DNA of 33,037 bases from Octopus bimaculoides. Lineage: Eukaryota. The notes under the pieces were generated by a model that saw only the letters and a list, made by a program, of their open reading frames with translations, had not been told where the DNA came from and did no database searches. Of the stretch, positions 1 through 10,393 are shown one piece after another. A program made the position numbers and the translations under genes. Positions within the stretch are counted from its first letter, which is position 1; every line of letters starts with the position of its first letter. The stretch lies in the NCBI RefSeq assembly GCF_001194135.2, contig NC_068991.1, positions 16,740,498-16,773,534 on the forward strand, in the 5' to 3' direction.

Positions 1-232
1 GGCACATAAAAGACACCATTTCGAGCGTGGCCGTTTTCGTGCGGGTGACACGTAAAAGCACCCACTACACTCTCTGAGTGGTTGGCGTTAGGAAGGGCAT
101 CCAGCTGTAGAAACTCTGCCAAATCAGACTGGAGCCTGGTGTTGCCATCCGGTTTCACCAGTCCTCAGTCAAATCGTCCAACCCATGCTAGCATGGAAAG
201 CGGACATTAAACGATGATGATGATGATGATGA
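1..232 (+). mobile_element. GAT-tailed SINE-like element (family A), 3' part
   Basis: gttggcgttaggaagggcatccagctgtagaaac...gcatggaaagcggacattaaac(gat)n; near-identical to 27480-27702, 9570-9750 and 31010-31190. Confidence 0.85.
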
Positions 233-451
233 ACACATCAGACTCATTGGCTGGAGATACATATAAAGTGTCAATGAGTCTGGTGAGTTTCCTCTACAGT
301 TAAGTGCTTTATAGATGTGAAAACAAATGGTCACTTTCTGACTGGTCATAACAAACAACCTTCTAATTATTACCAATCTAATGTTTTAGAGTCTGTTTCT
401 TTTCAAATATATCAACTACTGACTAATTATATACGCAAGTGAAATTGAAAT

Positions 452-917
452 CAAATTTGATGACAGCACTGCTTGACTGGCATCCATGCTAGTGTAGCGC
501 CAAGAGCACCATCCAAGCGTGATCGTTGCCAGGGCCGCTGACTGGCTCCTGTGATGGTGGCACATAAAAAGCAGCATTCAAGTGTGATCATTACCAGCAT
601 CACCTTACTGGCACTTGTGCTGGTGACACGTGAAAAATAACATTCGAGTGAGGTCATTGCCAGTGCCACTGGACTGGCTGTTGTGCAGGTGGCACGTAAA
701 AAACACCATTTGAGCATGGCCATTGCCTGTACTGCCTGACTGGCCCTCGTGCTGGTGGCACATAAAAGCACCCACTACACTCTCAGGAAGGGCATCCAGC
801 CATAGAAACTCTGCCAGATCAGATTGGAGCCTGGTGCAGCCATCTGGGTTGTCAGTCTTCAGTCAAATCGTCCAACCCATGCCAGCATGGAAAGCTGACG
901 TTAAACGATGATGATGA
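452..917 (+). mobile_element. Family A element with diverged internal tandem subunits
   Basis: Same 3' end and (gat)n tail; repeated cgttgccag...gactggc...gtggcac blocks. Confidence 0.75.
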
Positions 918-1081
918 TATATGTATATGTATACATATATGGATGTCACTAAAGTAACAGAGGGTATATCCATAAATTTACCTTTAGGTTGTTAAATTGC
1001 TAATAAACCACCCATATTATCTATCTATCTGCCTGCCTGTCTGTCTATCTATCAATCTATCTACATATATATATATTTATA

Positions 1082-1256
1082 GGGGAGAATTCACGAAAAA
1101 ACAACAGACGAAGACAGGTGGTGTAAATAACAAATGGATGTATTAGTATAACGCTCGGGAAGTGAGAAAGTCTTTAACGTTTCAAGCCTACGCTCTTCAA
1201 TAGAAAGGAACACAGAAAGAAATAAGGAGAGAAAAAAATATGTGTAGTGGTCAGTG

Positions 1257-1257
<1 letters not shown>
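1082..1257 (-). mobile_element. Short Penelope-type terminal module between (TA)n tracts
   Basis: Flanked by TA-rich microsatellite on both sides; contains a hammerhead-like motif at 1172-1207. Confidence 0.45.
1172..1207 (-). ncRNA. Minimal hammerhead-ribozyme-like motif (degenerate core)
   Basis: CTTT-CTATTGAA-GAGC(GTAG)GCTT-GAA-ACGT-T-AAAG: stem I CTTT/AAAG, stem II, GAA, palindromic ACGT stem III. Confidence 0.4.
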
Positions 1258-1292
<35 letters not shown>

Positions 1293-1825
1293 TGAGGATC
1301 ACCTACCATAAGGATGGCTACTTCATTAGATGTGGGCTCATTAAAACAGCATAAAATGTCCTTTACTATAGTTTACTCTAGACATAACTAATGCAGAAAC
1401 ACACACTCACTCACAGACACACTTAGAATTGATAATATTGAAAACAGCAAAACAAACACACATGAAGTTCAAGTGAAACAAAATGTAGTCAATATAGTTG
1501 CAAAACATACTTTCTGTAGCATAGTTATGCTATAAAACTTTTTTTTATGGAATATTTCCAAAAGAAATATTCCAGTGTCAGAAAGCCACCAATTTAGCAA
1601 AAATTACTATGTGTCACCAATGTAACAAAGTACAGAAAGTCAACATTTATTTGGAACATGTACTAAATGTTATAAAAATTCAGGATTAAATGTGACAGTG
1701 AACAAAATCAAGCTCCAAGAAGATTCAGGAGGCAGAGTTCAATTTTTCATACAAAAATAATTTATTGTTTTACAATTTTTAAACGAATGCAGAATAAAGT
1801 GTGTACAAAGGAATATGTTGCTGTT

Positions 1826-2097
1826 CATCATCATTATCATCATTTAACGTCCATTTTCCATACTGGCATGGGTTGGACAGCTTGACTGAGGAATGGCAAG
1901 CCAGTAGGTTGCACCAGGCACCAATCTGATCTGGCAAGGTTTCTACAGCTGGATGCCCTTCCTCATGCCAACCACTCCAAGAGTGTAGTGGGTGCTTTTT
2001 ACGTGCCACCAACCACATTTGGATGATGCTTTTTATGTGCCACCAGCAAGGTTTCTACAGCAGGATGCCCTTCCTAATGCCAACCACTCTGAGAGTG
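1826..2097 (-). mobile_element. Family A element with an internal duplication of the gtttctacagc..gatgcccttcct..aaccactc block
   Basis: Block occurs at about 1939 and about 2050; (cat)n tail at 1826. Confidence 0.75.
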
Positions 2098-2500
2098 TAG
2101 TGGATGGTGGAGAAGCAGTGACTGAGCATATGCTTGAGGTACTAGAAGTGAAAGAGATTCATGGCTTCTCTAGCAGGAAAGAGAGAAAGGATGATGGAGA
2201 AGAAGTGACAGAACATGCTCTCAAGGTACTAGAAGGTGGACAAAGTGAGAATAGCAACTGAGGATCAAGGATAACTGGGTGTGTAGGTTCACAAGTGTGT
2301 GAAATGAGTGACAGATGGTAGAAATGAGGATAGAAGAGAATGCCGTGAAAGGTGAACATGGATGGAGATGTGGATAATGGTGAATCTCACTTTGGGAATG
2401 TGTAAAAAGGTAGTGGAGAGCAACAGTATGGTAAAACCCAGATAGATGAGAAATAGCAAGATGATGTCAGGTGTAGGGGAAAGAGAAGATGCAGTGATAG
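2098..2500 (-). mobile_element. Possible decayed CR1-like LINE 3' fragment
   Basis: Purine-rich on +; minus translation only weakly resembles CR1-group RT C-termini (..RHSLLS..HPHFYHL..). Confidence 0.25.
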
Positions 2501-2514
2501 AGATGGAGGTCAAG

Positions 2515-3200
2515 ACAGACAAAACCCAAGTAGATTCCCAATGTAGGTTATGCAAATCAAAAGAGGAAAAGTGTTATTCATATAGTAAGTGAATGTAACA
2601 CACTGGCACAGAAAGAATACAAGAAAAGACATGACAACCTAGGGAGAGTAATCCACTGGGAGTTATGTAGAAAGCTAGGATTTGAACATGCTAATAAATG
2701 GTATGAACATGAACCTAGTAAAGTATTAGAAGGTACGAAATATGAGATGTTGTGGGACTTTAACATTCAGACTGATAGAGTAATAGGAGCTAGAGGGCCT
2801 GATTTAGTAGTAGATAAAGAGAATAGAAAGTGTCAGGTAATTGACTTTACAATACCAAATGATGAAAAAATCAATATGAGAGGTATAGAAAAAATAGCAA
2901 AGGACCACAGCCTAGCCATTGATTTACAGATACTATGGAAAGTGTGGGTAAAATGTATCCCAGTAGTTATAGGTGCATTAGGAACTATCCCTAAAAATCT
3001 GAACAGATGGATAGAGGAAATAGGCATAAAACCCAGTTTAGTATAATCCCAGAAAACAGTGTTATAAGGGACAGCTAGGATACTTAGGAGGGTCCTTGGC
3101 ATCTAAAGTTACTTGTTGTAGCCTGATGTTAGGATTTTTTCTTTTTAACAGTCAATTTGTTGTGTGTATATAATAATAATAACAATAATAATTAATAACA
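2515..3200 (+). mobile_element. 5'-truncated RLE-type non-LTR retrotransposon (R4/Dong-like), decayed
   Basis: CRLCKSKEE/SVIHIVSEC (CCHC knuckle, one frameshift), KRHDNL, LWDFNIQTDRVIGARGPDLVVDKENRKCQVIDFTIP (RLE PD..D motif), IPVVIGALG, in-frame stops, stop at about 3105, short 3' UTR, then (TAA)n. Confidence 0.85.
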
Positions 3201-3385
3201 ATTATAATCCTTTCTTGTTTTAAAACTAGGCCACCAGAGATTACATGTTGGGAAGTTGATTACATCAACCTCAGTACTTAATTGATAAAGACGAATGACA
3301 AAGTCAACTTCAATGGAATTTGAACTCAAAACATGAAGCCAGAATAAATGCCACTAAGCATTTTGTCTAATGCAGTAACGATTCT

Positions 3386-3619
3386 TATTTCTTTATTGCC
3401 AACAAGGGGCTAAACAAAGAGGGGACAAACAAGGACAGACAAAGGGATTAAGTCGATTACATCGACCCCAATGCATAACTGGTACTTATTTAATCAAACC
3501 TGAAAGGCTGAAAGGCTAAGTCGACTTCGGTGGCATTTGAACTCAGAACGTAGCGGCAGACGAAATACCGCTAAGCATTTCGCCCGGCGTGCTAACGTTC
3601 CTGTCAGCTCGCCGCCTAT
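3386..3619 (-). mobile_element. tRNA-headed SINE (family C) inserted into an older family-C relic
   Basis: gagctg..gaa cgttagcacgccgggcgaaatgcttagcgg..gttctgagttcaaat head; approximate 17-bp TSD aatgcagtaacgattct / aatgtagtagcgattct (3369-3385, 3620-3636). Confidence 0.85.
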
Positions 3620-4174
3620 AATGTAGTAGCGATTCTACCAGCTCACTGCTCTTATAATAATAACCATGCGTGTATTTGTGTGCAAAAAGATAACATTAAT
3701 GTTTATAAACAGGGTGTTTAGCACTCCTAGTTTCACATCCTACAGCCTGCAACATTATTTCTTATTAGGCAAATATGCTTATTATTTGCTTTGTCAATTT
3801 ATAATGTTAATTATTCGTTTCTAAAAACAATACAAACCGAAAGTAATTTGTGCAAATGAGAATCCCAATCCTTATTTGAAATAAATGCCTTCATAGCTTA
3901 TATGTATAATTCTGCAAATAGCTATAGAATGCTGAAGTCAATGATGTATTAACGAAATAACAGTTGTCATCTTGCCATCATAATGATGATGAGAAGATGA
4001 CAACTGTTATTTCATTACTGTATTTCTCTTGAAATACTCTGCTTTCATTTTAATTAATTTTTTAAATAATTTTGTCATTATTAAACTGGTGAAAGGCCCA
4101 TAGGCTAATATGAAATTTTGGTGGAAGGTTTAACTTTTTAGCTTCCAGATTACTTTGTCAATGATGTCAATAAC

Positions 4175-4700
4175 GTAGTGAGTTCGAATCCCAGACCGGG
4201 CTGTGTTGTGTTCTCGAGCAAGACACTTCATTTCACATTGCTCCAGTTCACTCAGCTGTAGAAATGCGTTGCAACATCACTGGTGCCAAACTGTATCGGC
4301 CTTTGCCTTTTTCTAGGTGCAATTGAAGGGGGTCTTTGCCATTTTACACACACACACACACAAACATACATGCTTATATATAAGAGAAGGCACATGGCTC
4401 AGTGCTTAGAGAATCTGGCTCACAACCATGAAGCAGTGAGTTCAAATCCTGGACCAGGCTGTGTTGTGTTCTTGAGCAAGACACTTTATTTTATGTTCCT
4501 CCAGTTCACTGAGCTGTGACATCACTAGTACCAGCTGTACTGGCCTTTGCCTTCCCTTGGTTAACATCGTTGGCATGGAGAAGGGAGGCTGGTTTGCATG
4601 GGTGACTGCTGGTCTTCCATATACAACCTTGCCTGGACTTGTGCCTCAGAGGGTAACTTTCTCAGTACAATCTCATGGTCATTTATGAGTGAAGGAGGTC
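4175..4700 (+). mobile_element. Dimeric tRNA-headed SINE (family B): internally deleted monomer, (CA)n linker, second monomer
   Basis: Second head tggctcagtg..gagttcaaatcc; tgtgttcttgagcaagacact in both monomers; the same junctions recur at 19027-19400. Confidence 0.75.
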
Positions 4701-4849
4701 TTTATTTTGTCAAATGAAAAATGCTTATTTATTTACATGGTTTTGAATTAATCAATTATTATTCGTAGCTTTGAAATTTCAGTGACGTGATTGTATATTT
4801 CTAGAATGATATTGTAAGATAGGTTTGAGAAGCCAGATCTGGCCAGTTT

Positions 4850-5895
4850 GCCAGGGAAGTGCAGGAGAAGGAGAGAGAGAGAGTGGGAGACATCAGAACA
4901 AAGATGGTGGCAAAGTACCGGGCATACTCACAAGGGATGGGGATCAGAATATAAATGGGGTGATCAAGTAAAGGCAGAGTGAAATATAGATGGTGGCAAG
5001 TGCCATGGCATACCCTTGAGGTTCGAAGGTCATAATATAAGTGTTAGGATATTGCCAAAGAAGCATGATTAGAGAGTGGCAAGGGAAAGTGAGTGGTGAG
5101 AACTTGGACATATAGAGTGTGTGTGTGTGTGTGTGTGTGTGGTGAGGGCTAGTGCATAGCATTGTTGTTGTTGGCACTCTGTCGGTTACGACGTCGAGGG
5201 TTCCAGTTGATCCGATCAACAGAACAACCTGCTCATAAAATTAACGTGCAAGTGGCTGAGCACTCCACAGACACGTGTACCCTTAACGTAGTTCTTGGGG
5301 ATATTCAGCGTGACACAGTGTGACAAGGCTGACCCTTTGAATAACAGGCACAACAGAAACAGGAAGAAAGAGTGAGAGAAAGTTGTGGTGGAAGAGTACA
5401 GCAGGGTTCGCCACCATCCCCTGCTGGAGCCTCGTGGAGCTTTAGGTGTTTTCGCTCAATAAACACTCACAAAGCTCGGTCTGGGAATTGAAACCGCGAT
5501 CCTATGACTGCGAGTCCGCTGCCCTAACCACTGAGCCATTGCGCCTCCACGACTGCATAGCAATGATACAGAAAAACAAGGCCAAGAGGACAGGATTGGA
5601 GAGTGAGAGGTAGGCATAGTGCAGGAAGGAGGAAATGTGGGGAAGAGAAGAGATATAGGGATGTAGATTGGTTTGTTGGGGTAGGGTGTGTGAAAAGTTT
5701 TCTTGTTACATGTGGGTGGAACACACAGATCAGGGGTTAGCAGATAGCAATGATACAGTGAGACAGGGCCAAGAGGACAGGGTTGGGGAGCAGGAGGTAA
5801 GCATAGTACATGAAGTGGAAATGTGAGGAAGAGAAGAGAGTTTTTCTGACATGGGCAAATCTTCTCAAGAACCTCATATCGCCAGATATCTCGGT
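4850..5895 (-). mobile_element. Possible decayed CR1-like LINE end interrupted by a (TG)n tract and a SINE
   Basis: Minus translation ..LPLSNHASLAI..YYDL..DHPIYILIP..YARYF weakly resembles CR1-group RT C-termini; about 95-bp direct repeat at 5555 and 5742. Confidence 0.25.
5161..5550 (-). mobile_element. tRNA-headed SINE (family F)
   Basis: Head gtggaggcgcaatggctcagtggttagggcagcggactcgcagtcataggatcgcggtttcaattccc (A and B boxes); (caa)n tail; related degenerate copy at 20480-20797. Confidence 0.8.
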
Positions 5896-6589
5896 CCATC
5901 GTCAGGGTTGATAAAATAGATACCAGTCAAGTACTGGGGGTCAGTGTAATTAAGTTGCCCTTTCTCTTAAAATTGCTGGTTTTGTGCAAAATTAGAAAGA
6001 ATTATCATCGTCGTCATCGTCATCATCATCATCATCACTATAACTGTCATGGTTATACACTCTTTTGAAGTTGTTTGGCTCATGTGTGTAGTGAATGAGT
6101 AATGATCAAAAGTTTTCCTGCCATGACCATCCCACCAATTTGTTCTTCAAGCATAGTTTATCTAGAACTACTTTGTCCAATATGTTCACATTTCATTAAA
6201 GATGCAAGAATATGTAATCTAAGGAAGAAATAGTTGCTGCTGTTAATAGCAGGTTAGGTAACCTTATCAAGTTCCCTTGTTGACGTAGGTTGAACTGATC
6301 TGCTGCACAGAACACTGCCATTCAATATGTTCTTTTGTTATCTTGTCCCTGAGGTATGTCACCTTGAGACTTGACCTCACTACAGCTTCCTCTATCTCCC
6401 TTGATTGCTATCTGCTCTAGATACCGCCTCCAACAACCAGTATACAGAACTTTTATTTTTAGACTTGCTCTTCTTATCCATTGTACATGTTTTTATTAGC
6501 ACAATTATCTCTCATGCATAATCAGCTGATATCTGCAATGCAAACGCATTCTTCTACCTCACCAGTACTCTACGTTTTCATAAAAACAG

Positions 6590-7085
6590 ATGAAATTCCA
6601 CTAAGCGTTTTGCAGGACTTGCTAGTGATTCTATTAGCTCAATGTTGACACTTCATATAAATATTAGTTCAATATTTTGGTACAAGGCCAGAAATTTTGG
6701 GGGAGGGGATAAGTCAATTGAATGAACCCTAGTGTTCATTTAATTGACCCCAAAAGGATCAAAGCTAAAGTCGACTACAGCAGCATTTGAACCCAGGACA
6801 TAAAGATGGATAAAATGCCGCTAAGCATGTTCCCTGATGTGTTAATGATTCTTCTGGCTTCCCGCCTTATTTTTCTAAAAGACAAAATTGACCTCGGTGG
6901 AATTTGAACTCAGAATGTAAAAACAGAAGAAATTCTGCTAAACATTTTGCCTGGCATTCTAATGATTCTGCCAGCTTGCCACCAAAGTTGAATTTGGCAG
7001 AATTTGAACTCATAATGTATAGATTGACAAAATATTGCCAATCACTTTGCTCGGCATGCTAACAATTCTGCCAGCTTACAGCCAG
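6590..7085 (-). repeat. Cluster of consecutive degenerate family-C SINE head fragments
   Basis: Repeated g(g)aatttgaactc..aa..gc..cta(a)gcattt..gattct..gct blocks. Confidence 0.6.
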
Positions 7086-7097
7086 CATTTCATGTAA

Positions 7098-7580
7098 ATT
7101 CTTTTATTCTTTTATTTTTTTACTTGTTTAAGTCATTCGACTGCGGCCATGCTGGAGCACCACCTCTTAGTCGAGCAAATTGACCCCCAGGACTTATTCT
7201 TTGTAAGCCTAGTACTTATTCTATCGGTCTCTTTTTGCCGAACCGCTAAGTTACAGGGATGTAAACACACCAACATTGGATGTCAAGCGATGTGGTGGTG
7301 GTGGGGAGACAAACACAGACACACAAACACATACAAACACACACACACACACATATACATGTGAATATACATATTTCTGTCAAACTATCCTTCCCATGCG
7401 AGCATGGAAGATGGAGTTTAAATGATGATGATGATAATGATGAGTTCCACATGTACACAAATGGTTTCTGCGCAGTTACTATCAACTAAATTGAAGTAGT
7501 TAACCGGAAGCTATGGAATGTCCAAGATACCAGCAGTGGAATTCAAAGAACCACATGGCTGCAAAGCAAACTCCTAAGCT
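7098..7580 (-). mobile_element. tRNA-headed SINE with internal (CA/TG)n (family E/D)
   Basis: ttttacttgttt.agtcatt.gactgcggccatgctggagcac..gaccccaggacttattctttgtaagcctagtac body, shared with 13645, 23045, 24520 and 32590. Confidence 0.8.
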
Positions 7581-7929
7581 GTTCCAGTGCTATTCTAAAG
7601 TTAAATGATTTCACACCCACTCCTTAGCAATAACCTCAATTAAGCTATTCTTAATTGAGATAGCAATCATACGACGAAAGTCATAAATTACTGTTTAGAC
7701 AAAAATACATCCCTGTACTACAGTAATAAGAATATTTATTCTAAAACCAATGATAATTAGGCATTATACATCATAAGATTCCATTGGAAAATATATTGCT
7801 GTACTCAATTTTACTTCAGCTCACATGCAAATAAGTTTTCTATCCTTCCATTCTGGGCCCCAAAATTATAAGTAGCAGTAGTCATTAGTGGAATCAATTC
7901 GATTCACAACAACCATCACACTTCCTTGC

Positions 7930-8275
7930 ACAAGTGTGGCTGTGTAGTAAGACGTTTGCTTCCCAACCACCTGGTTTCAGGTTCAGTTCCACTGTGTGGC
8001 ATTTTCGACAAGTGTTTTTTCTGTAATAGGTCTGGGCCGACCAAAGCCTTGTGAGCAGATTTGGGGGACAGAAACTAAAAGAAGACGAGCTGGTGGAAAC
8101 ATTAACGCGATGTGCGAAATGCTTAGCGGTATTTTGTCTGCCGCTACGTTCTGAGTTCGAATTCTGCCAATGTTGACTTTGCCTTTCATCCTTTTGGGGT
8201 CGATTAAATAAGTACCAGTTATGCACTGGGGTTGATATAATCGACTTAATTCCTTTGTCTGTCCTTGTTTGTCCC
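7930..8275 (+). mobile_element. Family E head followed directly by a family C SINE running into the gap
   Basis: gtggctgtgtagtaag..ggttcagttccactg, then gagctgg.ggaaacattaacgcg..gttctgagttcgaattc. Confidence 0.75.
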
Positions 8276-8440
8276 NNNNNNNNNNNNNNNNNNNNNNNNN
8301 NNNNNNNNNNNNNNNNNNNNNNNNNNNNNNNNNNNNNNNNNNNNNNNNNNNNNNNNNNNNNNNNNNNNNNNNNNNNNNNNNNNNNNNNNNNNNNNNNNNN
8401 NNNNNNNNNNNNNNNNNNNNNNNNNNNNNNNNNNNNNNNN
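8276..8440. other. Assembly gap (165 N)
   Basis: Run of N between a SINE and (TA)n. Confidence 0.99.
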
Positions 8441-8474
<34 letters not shown>

Positions 8475-8697
8475 TTGTTTAAAAGAGTTCCAACACTGTC
8501 TGTTTTTTATGTTTTATTTATATTCCTGCAGAACCAATGTGGGGTATAGAATATGGAATATACAATATAATATACAATATATAATATAAAATAAAATAAA
8601 ATAAAAATGGATGGCACCATGAAAGAAAGTATTGAATGTAGATGAAATATTGAGTGTTCAATATAAAGGATCAAATATATAAATATAAATATATAAA

Positions 8698-8737
8698 GGC
8701 GACTCGAGTTTCAGGGCTATTTCCCTTCGTCATGGCC
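8698..8737 (-). ncRNA. Minimal hammerhead-ribozyme-like motif
   Basis: GGC-CATGACGA-AGGG(AAATAG)CCCT-GAA-ACTCGAGT-C-GCC: stem I GGC/GCC, near-canonical CUGANGA with one extra A, perfect 4-bp stem II, palindromic stem III, GUC cleavage triplet. Confidence 0.6.
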
Positions 8738-8759
8738 GGTATGACAGACTTTAACAGAC

Positions 8760-8789
<30 letters not shown>

Positions 8790-8790
<1 letters not shown>

Positions 8791-9568
8791 CATTCTTTTT
8801 GACCCAGGTTGATTCGTCAAAAGAGAGTAGAGTCTTCCTGGTATGTAAAATGATTTCAACATTGGTGTTGCCAATAGTTACATACTTTTTGACAAAATTT
8901 AGTGCTCTATGGGTCTCGATATAGATGGGTAAAAATCTACTATGTCAAACTGTGTAAATTTGCAATTGTTCATGTCTCTAATATCTTTAAAACAGTCTAT
9001 AACTGACCCACTACTACTCCAAACGTGTAAATTTAACGACCTACTAATTTATCTAGAATCAAGTTAAGGATATTTTTGCTAATTAAACTTATTTCTGTTA
9101 AAATTGTCTTTATGGTCTTTAAGGGTGATAAAGGGCTTGCGTGGGGGTAGGTATTCAACTTAAGGTTGGATTCTTCTTGCTTCAATATTCACCTCTCTAT
9201 ATGAATTATTATTTACTTTTTTATATGTGTTTGTGATGCTATTTGATAGGAACCTATTGTTAATGTTTTTGTCAACTGCATATAAATTTTTTGTTTTATC
9301 TGATTTGACAAAAATTTTGTCCGAGTTTGTCTTTCATAGTTTTTTTTGATTGGGTTGCTGACATTTTGAAATTTAATTTCCCTTACTAGTTCAAACAGGT
9401 CCCTTTCAAAAGGTTCTATTTCATTGATGGGTGGTGGGTTCTTTCTAGACTTAAAGCCATATTTGTTTAGATGCTCTTGTTCTCTTCTATTGAAGAAATA
9501 CAGAAGCCATCTCATTCTGCAGATGAACTCCTCTGTTTTCTCTATAAGGCCCTTTAAATATTGCTTAT
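8790..9568 (-). mobile_element. Decayed Penelope-like retroelement, N-terminal/RT fragment
   Basis: KQYLKGLIEKTEEFICRMRW..YGFKSRKNPP..EPFERDLFELVREIKF, RKPFITLKDHKDNF, QFDIVDFYPSIS, IILHTRKTLLSFDESTWVKK; frameshifts and stops. Confidence 0.85.
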
Positions 9569-10081
9569 TCATCATCATCATCATCATCATCGTTTAATGT
9601 CCGCTTTCCATGCTAGCATGAGTTGGACGATTTGACTGAGGACTGGTGAAACCGGATGGCAACACCAGGCTCCAATCTGATTTAGCAGAGTTTCTACAGC
9701 TGGATGCCCTTCCTAACACCAACCACTCAGAGAGTGTAGTAGGTGCTTTTACAGGTCACCTGCACGAAGGCCAGTCAGGTGGTACTGGCAATGGCCACGC
9801 TCAAAATGGTGCATTTTATGTGCTACTCGCACAAGAGCCAGTCCAGGGGCACTGGCAACGATCTCGCTCGAAAATCCTACAAAGGCCAGTCAGGCGGTAC
9901 TGGCAACAGCCACACTCAAAATGGTGCATTTTATGTGCCACCCACACAAGAGCCAGTCCAGGGGCACTGGCAACGATCTCGCTCGAAAATCCTACGAAGG
10001 CCAGTCAGGCGGTACTGGCAACGACCACGCTCAAACTGGTGTATTTTATGTGCCACCCGCACAAGAGCCAGTCCAGGGGCG
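9569..10081 (-). mobile_element. Family A element carrying about 2.7 copies of a 115-bp internal tandem unit
   Basis: Units start at 9766, 9881 and 9996; (cat)n tail abuts the Penelope-like RT fragment. Confidence 0.9.
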
Positions 10082-10187
10082 GCATTATTTCATCTATGAC
10101 AGTATGGGGAAAGAGTTTAATGTATGTATGGTGAGGAAAATAAACCTAAGATACAAAAAATGTTAACAAAAACAACAATATTCTCTT

Positions 10188-10393
10188 TTATTTGGTTTCA
10201 CATTGGTTCTTGTCAGTCGGTGAAGGGTCTATCAAAAGAGGTTGGAAGAGTTCTGTGAAAGGGATGCTTGGTTTAGTTACAATGACATCACTCTTGTCTT
10301 TGGCCAAACTTACAGGAGGCAACCGGGATAGACACAAATAGAATTCCTTTCCTTCAAACATAACACTGAGTGAAGATGGAAAATCTTTCAGAT
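10188..10393 (-). CDS. Candidate exon (phase 1): [27 protein letters not shown], either spliced at 10314 (gtaagt) or reading on [41 protein letters not shown]
   Basis: Strong pyrimidine tract ending ttttctccag; single open frame of about 68 codons; internal consensus donor. Confidence 0.5.

Noticed and set aside
6267-6407. Open frames on both strands (minus QSREIEEAVV..KGT*; plus 6289-6353 VELICC..LSLR with gtatgt)
   Set aside because: The minus acceptor lacks a pyrimidine tract and the plus exon has no supported partner; the strand cannot be chosen and either could be chance.
9646-10166. Several overlapping 81-162 aa ORFs (also 27326-27631, 29677-29950, 31087-31362, 451-911)
   Set aside because: They lie in family A elements. 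The 115-nt unit is not a multiple of 3, so the same peptides rotate through the frames; these are not host genes.
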